From the NCBI GenBank assembly GCA_964642015.1, contig CAZXLF010000007.1, positions 11,964 to 75,963 on the forward strand: DNA of 64,000 bases. The letters are read 5' to 3'. Made by a program: the position numbers and the translations under genes. Within the stretch, counting starts at the first letter, position 1. Each line of letters opens with the position of its first letter. Positions 58,866 through 64,000 of the stretch are shown piece by piece. Source of the DNA: an uncultured Planctomycetia bacterium (GTDB lineage: Bacteria; Omnitrophota; Gorgyraeia; 2-02-FULL-51-18). The notes under the pieces are model-generated. The model saw only the letters and a list, made by a program, of their open reading frames with translations. It had not been told where the DNA came from and did no database searches.

Positions 58866-60281
58866 CTATGCGGGGAACTTTAAAGTGATCGTCGTGCCCT
58901 TGGCCAGAGCACTATCGATCGTGACATCGCCATTATGAAGTTTCATGATCGACTTCACGATCGCTAAACCCAATCCCATACCTTGAGAGTATTCTGATCT
59001 TGAAGAATCGGCCCTGTAAAAGCGGTTAAAAATTTTAGGCAGATGCTCCGCACTGATCCCGCTGCCATAATCACGAACCTTTAGTTCTACAAAATCTTTC
59101 TTTCCATTTTCAATAAGAATATCGATCTTCGATCCTGGAGAGGAATTCTGAATAGCATTGGACAATAAATTACTCAAAGCGCGGCGGAAAAGACCGAAAT
59201 CCGCCGATAAAGTAGCATTGCCGCTGCATACGAAATGAATGCCTTTTTCCCTTGCGACCGCATCATAATATTCCATGACGACTTCCGTTTCCCTGCGAAT
59301 CTCAGAAATGGTTTTTTCGATGACTGTTTCAGGATTTTCAGCTCTCGCCAAAAACAGCAAACTATCGATCATACGGGAAAGGATCGCGTATTCTTCCAGA
59401 TTAGATTCCAAGACCTCCTGGTAATCCTCGGCGGTCCGCGTTTTTGAAAGAGCCACTTCTGTTTCACCCATAAGCCGGTTGATCGGCGTGCGCAATTCGT
59501 GCGCCAGATCGGCTGAGAACTGGGACAGACGGCCAAATGAATCTTCAAGCCGGCTCAACATCAGATCGAATTCATGCGCCAGACTCGAAAGTTCCCTAGG
59601 CCATTTTTCACGGCCTATCCTTTCATGAAGTTGAGTAGCGGATATCCGTTGAACAGACTGGGTTATTTCTTTCAATGGTTTCAAACCTCCGCGCGCGATC
59701 ACGGCACTGATTATCGACGCCACCAATACTCCCCCGCAGAGAACAAGAAATAGACGTTTCCGGTAATCCGCCAAAAGTATTTCGTCATCAGTAATATCTG
59801 AAGCGAGTTGAAGAAGTCTCTTATCTTTTCCGTCCGTGCCGACATCTGCCCAAGCAGACATCAGAAGATAGGTCGTGCCATTGGGCGCTTTCCATTTGAT
59901 GCCATCGAACGGATATTCGTTCACGCCGAAAGGTTCTGGAAAAGGGACCTGACGATTGATGCCGCTTTTGGCAAGACTTGCCGTTTGGTTCAGGATTTTT
60001 CCATCTTGGTCCAAAACATAAACATAATATTTCAGGAGTTTACTGGCATTGCCTTCCCAGTTGATCTCTTCTTCAAGCGCTCTCGGATCATCAGCGTTTT
60101 CTTTCAGGATCGATCGTAAACCCTGAACTTCGTCAGCTAAGAATTTGTCATCTTGCCTCTCAACATCGGTAGTCAATAAAGCATACAAAGAGATGCCGGA
60201 CATAAAAAGCATCGCGGAAGTTGACAGCGTATAAAAAAGAGTGAGCTTTGAGGTGATGGATAAGGAACGCTTAAAAAACAC
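58866..60281 (-). CDS. Heavy-metal sensor histidine kinase (CusS-like)
   Basis: Two TM, HAMP, FSADLAHELRTP, RRALSNLLSNA, GMGLGLAIV. Confidence 0.9.
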   Translation of the reverse strand: MFFKRSLSITSKLTLFYTLSTSAMLFMSGISLYALLTTDVERQDDKFLADEVQGLRSILKENADDPRALEEEINWEGNASKLLKYYVYVLDQDGKILNQTASLAKSGINRQVPFPEPFGVNEYPFDGIKWKAPNGTTYLLMSAWADVGTDGKDKRLLQLASDITDDEILLADYRKRLFLVLCGGVLVASIISAVIARGGLKPLKEITQSVQRISATQLHERIGREKWPRELSSLAHEFDLMLSRLEDSFGRLSQFSADLAHELRTPINRLMGETEVALSKTRTAEDYQEVLESNLEEYAILSRMIDSLLFLARAENPETVIEKTISEIRRETEVVMEYYDAVAREKGIHFVCSGNATLSADFGLFRRALSNLLSNAIQNSSPGSKIDILIENGKKDFVELKVRDYGSGISAEHLPKIFNRFYRADSSRSEYSQGMGLGLAIVKSIMKLHNGDVTIDSALAKGTTITLKFPA

Positions 60282-60293
60282 AGAATGACTCCG

Positions 60294-60968
60294 TCAATCT
60301 TTATCTTCTAGAACATAACCAATGCCACGCACGGTGTGGATCAGTTTTTTTGTAAAAGGATCATCGACTTTGGAACGGAGCCTGCGCACTGCAACTTCAA
60401 CGACATTGGAATCGCTGTCGAAATTTATATCCCAGACCTGTTCGGCAATCAAAGTTCTCGATAAGATCTCACCTTTACGTCTGGCCAACAAAGAAAGTAA
60501 AAGAAGCTCCTTCTGTGTCAGATCCAGAGGTTTTCCCATGCGCATCGCTTTATGTCTGGAAAAATCTATCGTTAGATCAGCTACTGAAATAGTTTCCAAC
60601 TGTCTCACAGGACCGCGTCTTAAAACAGAACGGATTCTGGCTAAAAACTCAGAAAAAGCGAAAGGTTTTACTAAATAATCATCTGCGCCTAGTTCCAAAC
60701 CTTTGACACGATCCTGAACCGAATCCTTAGCTGTTAAAAACAAAACTGGCGTACTTTTATTTTTACGTTTAATTTCTAAAATGATCGACCAGCCATCTTT
60801 TTCGGGAAGCATCACATCCAGAATGATCAAATCATAATCATTGGTCAACGCCAAATGCAGACCGTCAGTCCCATTATCAGCCACATCGACGGCAAAACCG
60901 TTCTCCGAAAGGCCTTTTTTCAGATACGAAGAGGTTTTTTTATCATCTTCTATGATCAAAATGTGCAT
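60294..60968 (-). CDS. Heavy-metal response regulator (CusR-like)
   Basis: [39 protein letters not shown]. Confidence 0.92.
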   Translation of the reverse strand: MHILIIEDDKKTSSYLKKGLSENGFAVDVADNGTDGLHLALTNDYDLIILDVMLPEKDGWSIILEIKRKNKSTPVLFLTAKDSVQDRVKGLELGADDYLVKPFAFSEFLARIRSVLRRGPVRQLETISVADLTIDFSRHKAMRMGKPLDLTQKELLLLSLLARRKGEILSRTLIAEQVWDINFDSDSNVVEVAVRRLRSKVDDPFTKKLIHTVRGIGYVLEDKD

Positions 60969-61009
60969 AAAAATCCCTTTAAATGCTTAAAACGAAACCG
61001 CTCTTTGAG

Positions 61010-61038
61010 AGGTTAGCTCTTAGAAGACTAATTGTCAA
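61010..61038 (-). promoter_or_regulatory. Putative sigma70 promoter of cusRS-like genes
   Basis: TTGACA-17 nt-TAACCT. Confidence 0.55.
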
Positions 61039-61114
61039 ATCGGGGTCGAAATAGGAATAACGCTGGAAATAGAAACTTTAAATTATCGATAATGCAGAAT
61101 ATTGATATTACCTG

Positions 61115-63256
61115 CTATTGATTTTCAGTAAGTTTTATCGAATTTAATGCTGCCGTACCTTTAGCCGATTTTTGTTCCGTCTTAGGAGTTGTATCGATGG
61201 CGTCGGAAGATAAACTGCCTATGCTTTTCGAAAAAGAATCTTCGGACGCTTGGCCAGATCCCGTTGACACAGCGGTCATTCCCGCAGGTTTCGCAACAGT
61301 AGCCAATGATGCGGTACTTGTAACAGATGCTGAATGTTCTTCCCGCGTATATTCAAATCTTGTCCTGGAAGATTTGATATCAGATGTTTTGCCATTTTTA
61401 CCGATCGCTCTAAATTTAATATCGTAATCCTGATTCGGCACCGGATTGAAATTAAAAGACCACTTTGGAGCAGTTTCTATTTTCTGCCAGGTCGAACCGC
61501 CATCTAAACTCACCTCTAAATGATCCACAGAGGCCGCATCTTTTAAGTTCCCTGTCAACACAATCGGCTTACCCTTGAGATCCTCGAACGACATGCGATG
61601 GGAGACATCTTCAAGATTTTCTCCATCCAGTTTGACCTCTGAAAGCTCGGCAGTGACAGGTTCTTCTGCATGAGGCTGAATACTTTCACTTTGAATACCA
61701 ACAGGCTTCACAGAATCATTTTGTCCGCTCAAATTACCTTGTGGTAATAGATTTTGATTTAACTTACCTTTTAAATCTGAATTAGCCTGAACGGCATTAT
61801 TCTGCATTTGTCCATTATCTTGGATCTGCGGTTTGATCATCTGCGGACCTTGGGGTCCACCACCCTGACCGTTTTGAACCGTGACCAATACGCTGTCTTT
61901 TTCGATAAGCCCCTGCCCATTAAACATTAGCACTTCAAGGAACACGGGGCCGTCTTGCCATTCTGTGGTATCCCAATCTATTTCATAAGGACTGCCTTTT
62001 TGGACATTCTGGCCTATGGCCTTGTTCCCGGCTTGAAATGAAAGATAGGAAAAATCGGCATCGTCCGAAACACTTGCCTTAACTTTCCATGTACTATTAA
62101 CCGGCTGGCCTTTCTGAGGATCGGTGATCGTGACATACTTATTTCCTGGATTATTTGGGATCGTCATCTGAGAAAGTTTGGAACTAGCCTTATCGATCGT
62201 AAATCTAACTTGATCCGGCGGACCAAACATGCCACCGCCATCGTGAAGACCTTGCATTTGCAAAGCATAAGTCCCATCGGGGATATCTTTAGTATTTAAT
62301 TGAGTTGAGATCTTGTTCGAATTTCCTATTACGTTGACTATTTGCACTAGATTGGTCCTAGGAATCGAAACAAATACGCTTTTTATATCACTAAGAAGGA
62401 TCTCTCCGGTCACCGTGAACTTTTCGCCTACAACATCATCTTTCAGCGGACTCGTGATCTTTACAAAAGGACTAGTATTAGGTATTTGCTGATGATTAAC
62501 AATCGTATAAACAATGAAAGCATTTTGATCAATGCCAAAGACATTCGTAGAAATATTACCGGCTCGATCCGTGGCTCTGATCAGCAATGCTTGATCACCA
62601 TCCGGTGCTCGAGTCGTATCGAATATGAGCGGTTCCGGGTGATTTGTATAAACGGTCGCTATTGGAGTATCTTTGTTTGGCATAAGATAAAGTTGCACCG
62701 AATCGATCCCGCTTTCATTGTCCTCGGCAATGTATTTGATCTCTACCTGACCTTTAATAACAGTCCCTGGAGCAGGCCAAGTGACATGAACAGTCGGCGG
62801 CGTATGGTCATTCGGGAACTGATGATTTCTAATGAACACAGCTCCTAAGTGCACATTATCAATTTGCTCGATCACCGGGTTTTGAGGATCTATCGTATCA
62901 TCGCCTATCACTTGAACAGAGATATTGTATTGACCGTCGGGTAATTTTTTAGCGTCCGTGTCCCATTTAAAAACAACAGGATTTGGGACTTGTCCTTGAG
63001 GAATACTTAAAATATCCACGTTGTACCGATTGCCGTTCGCGTCATAGCCCTCGATCGTGCAATGCATGTCCTTGATCCGGGCAAATAACTGATCATCTAG
63101 GACCTTCACAGTAATATCCACAGTACCAGAAACGGTATCTCCATCATGCGGTGAATATTCGTAGAGCGGATCGGCCATCGCAATCTGTGACCCGAAAAAT
63201 AAACTTAAAACTAAAATTGTTAGGCTCGCAATTACGACAACCCGGTTTTTTTTCAT
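61115..63256 (-). CDS. Secreted protein with multiple bacterial Ig-like domains
   Basis: Signal peptide; four ~100-aa units (IT.P..G..V.G...; (W/F)DT...DG.Y), Q/N/P-rich linker, fifth domain with EVSLDGGSTW. Confidence 0.75.
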   Translation of the reverse strand: MKKNRVVVIASLTILVLSLFFGSQIAMADPLYEYSPHDGDTVSGTVDITVKVLDDQLFARIKDMHCTIEGYDANGNRYNVDILSIPQGQVPNPVVFKWDTDAKKLPDGQYNISVQVIGDDTIDPQNPVIEQIDNVHLGAVFIRNHQFPNDHTPPTVHVTWPAPGTVIKGQVEIKYIAEDNESGIDSVQLYLMPNKDTPIATVYTNHPEPLIFDTTRAPDGDQALLIRATDRAGNISTNVFGIDQNAFIVYTIVNHQQIPNTSPFVKITSPLKDDVVGEKFTVTGEILLSDIKSVFVSIPRTNLVQIVNVIGNSNKISTQLNTKDIPDGTYALQMQGLHDGGGMFGPPDQVRFTIDKASSKLSQMTIPNNPGNKYVTITDPQKGQPVNSTWKVKASVSDDADFSYLSFQAGNKAIGQNVQKGSPYEIDWDTTEWQDGPVFLEVLMFNGQGLIEKDSVLVTVQNGQGGGPQGPQMIKPQIQDNGQMQNNAVQANSDLKGKLNQNLLPQGNLSGQNDSVKPVGIQSESIQPHAEEPVTAELSEVKLDGENLEDVSHRMSFEDLKGKPIVLTGNLKDAASVDHLEVSLDGGSTWQKIETAPKWSFNFNPVPNQDYDIKFRAIGKNGKTSDIKSSRTRFEYTREEHSASVTSTASLATVAKPAGMTAVSTGSGQASEDSFSKSIGSLSSDAIDTTPKTEQKSAKGTAALNSIKLTENQ

Positions 63257-63399
63257 AGCAAATGCCCTCCAAACTTTTCAAAAATATCTTATGATAAAGC
63301 ATACATTATTTTTTAATAAAATCAATTTAAATATAAAAATGCTTAATTTTGATTAAATAAAAGGCTGTAGGGATAAACCAAAATAATGGCCAAATCTAA

Positions 63400-63873
63400 C
63401 TAAAAAGGAGAGTTTTGTTTGATATCAACAAGCTTGGCTTTTTGTTTGACCTTAAAGATAAATTGAGCATTTCCTTCGCTGGTCTGAAGCTTGCCTGTAC
63501 GCTGATTTAACATTCTTTTCTGCCAATGCGTATTAATGAGGATCTTATCATGGCTTGGTAATGTATTATCCGTCACAATATTAAGATCGATCGTATCAAA
63601 ATTGTTAAATTGGCTCGATATATTCGATTTAAGCTCAAGAGAATTAAAATAAGGTTTATCACTGACCTGCTGAAAAAATCCTTCAATGTCCCTTTCGGTA
63701 TAAGCATACCTCAAAGATTCAAGCGCTTGCCGGGCCCTTTCTTCCATGATAGATGCGGAAGATGACCCATGATCTAAAGCAAAAAGCGGATTGATTGAAT
63801 AAATTAGCAAGAGTAAAAAAACTACGACGGAACTTATCGCGATATATTTTTTATTCATATTTAAAATTTCCAT
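63400..63873 (-). CDS. Exported hypothetical protein, NTF2-like
   Basis: Signal peptide; L..AY...DIEGF...VS pattern then beta strands. Confidence 0.6.
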   Translation of the reverse strand: MEILNMNKKYIAISSVVVFLLLLIYSINPLFALDHGSSSASIMEERARQALESLRYAYTERDIEGFFQQVSDKPYFNSLELKSNISSQFNNFDTIDLNIVTDNTLPSHDKILINTHWQKRMLNQRTGKLQTSEGNAQFIFKVKQKAKLVDIKQNSPF

Positions 63874-64000
63874 AGTAATTGTGCCTGTAAATTATTCTCC
63901 GAAAAACGCTCAGTATCCAGATCATGTCTTAGGTCCACCATTTGATAGTTAAGTTTCAGCGTCAAATCTTCTTTGACCGGTATTTTATAATCCATCCCGA
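63861..64000 (-). CDS. C-terminus of a probable outer-membrane beta-barrel protein (partial)
   Basis: Manual translation GMDYKIPVKEDLTLKLNYQMVDLRHDLDTERFSENNLQAQLLWKF*: amphipathic strands and terminal aromatic-x-F. Confidence 0.6.
   Translation of the reverse strand, partial: GMDYKIPVKEDLTLKLNYQMVDLRHDLDTERFSENNLQAQLLWKF

Noticed and set aside
1-64000. CRISPR array, tRNA, rRNA, transposase, prophage
   Set aside because: No spaced direct repeats, cloverleaf motifs or mobile-element proteins seen; intergenic gaps are short and were read individually

Overview
Gene-dense 64-kb bacterial chromosomal segment, mostly on the minus strand. Gene content (outer-membrane barrels, TMTC-like glycosyltransferase, DUF1571, rny-ymdB-xseAB-ispA-dxs synteny) suggests a diderm PVC-group organism, possibly Ca. 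Omnitrophota; this is inference only. Left to right: a FAS-II paralogue/acyltransferase/GT2 cluster; a TMTC-like protein; ydbH plus a ynbE-ydbL fusion; tex; tatC; an operon ygfA-rny-ymdB-xseA-xseB-ispA-dxs ending in a single-chain alpha-beta-gamma 2-oxoacid:ferredoxin oxidoreductase; a ~10-kb sulfur assimilation operon (cysD-cysN-cysH, Ssu-type ABC, JAMM protease, two ubiquitin-like sulfur carriers, cysK, ThrC-like enzyme, CymR-like regulator); purU; an autotransporter-hydrolase pair; msrB; tolC-macA-macB-MFS; an ECF sigma/anti-sigma operon; an SdpA-like plus HTTM-DCC1 pair; ppc; a CusRS-type system ahead of PAP2/esterase/GNAT/methyltransferase genes; and an Ig-repeat surface protein cluster. 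No rRNA, tRNA, CRISPR array, transposase or prophage was seen. Best leads: (1) both ubiquitin-like carriers are made as C-terminally blocked precursors, one as a MoaD/CysO-NIL fusion, next to a JAMM protease; (2) an ECF promoter motif (GACACTTTT-N13-CGTCTAAA) present twice, defining an envelope operon headed by a glycine-zipper repeat protein; (3) a CusR box ahead of lipid-modifying rather than metal-efflux genes; (4) the SdpA-like/HTTM-DCC1 module; (5) a structured, terminator-containing leader at the usual 6S RNA position. All family assignments come from motif recognition, not database searches.
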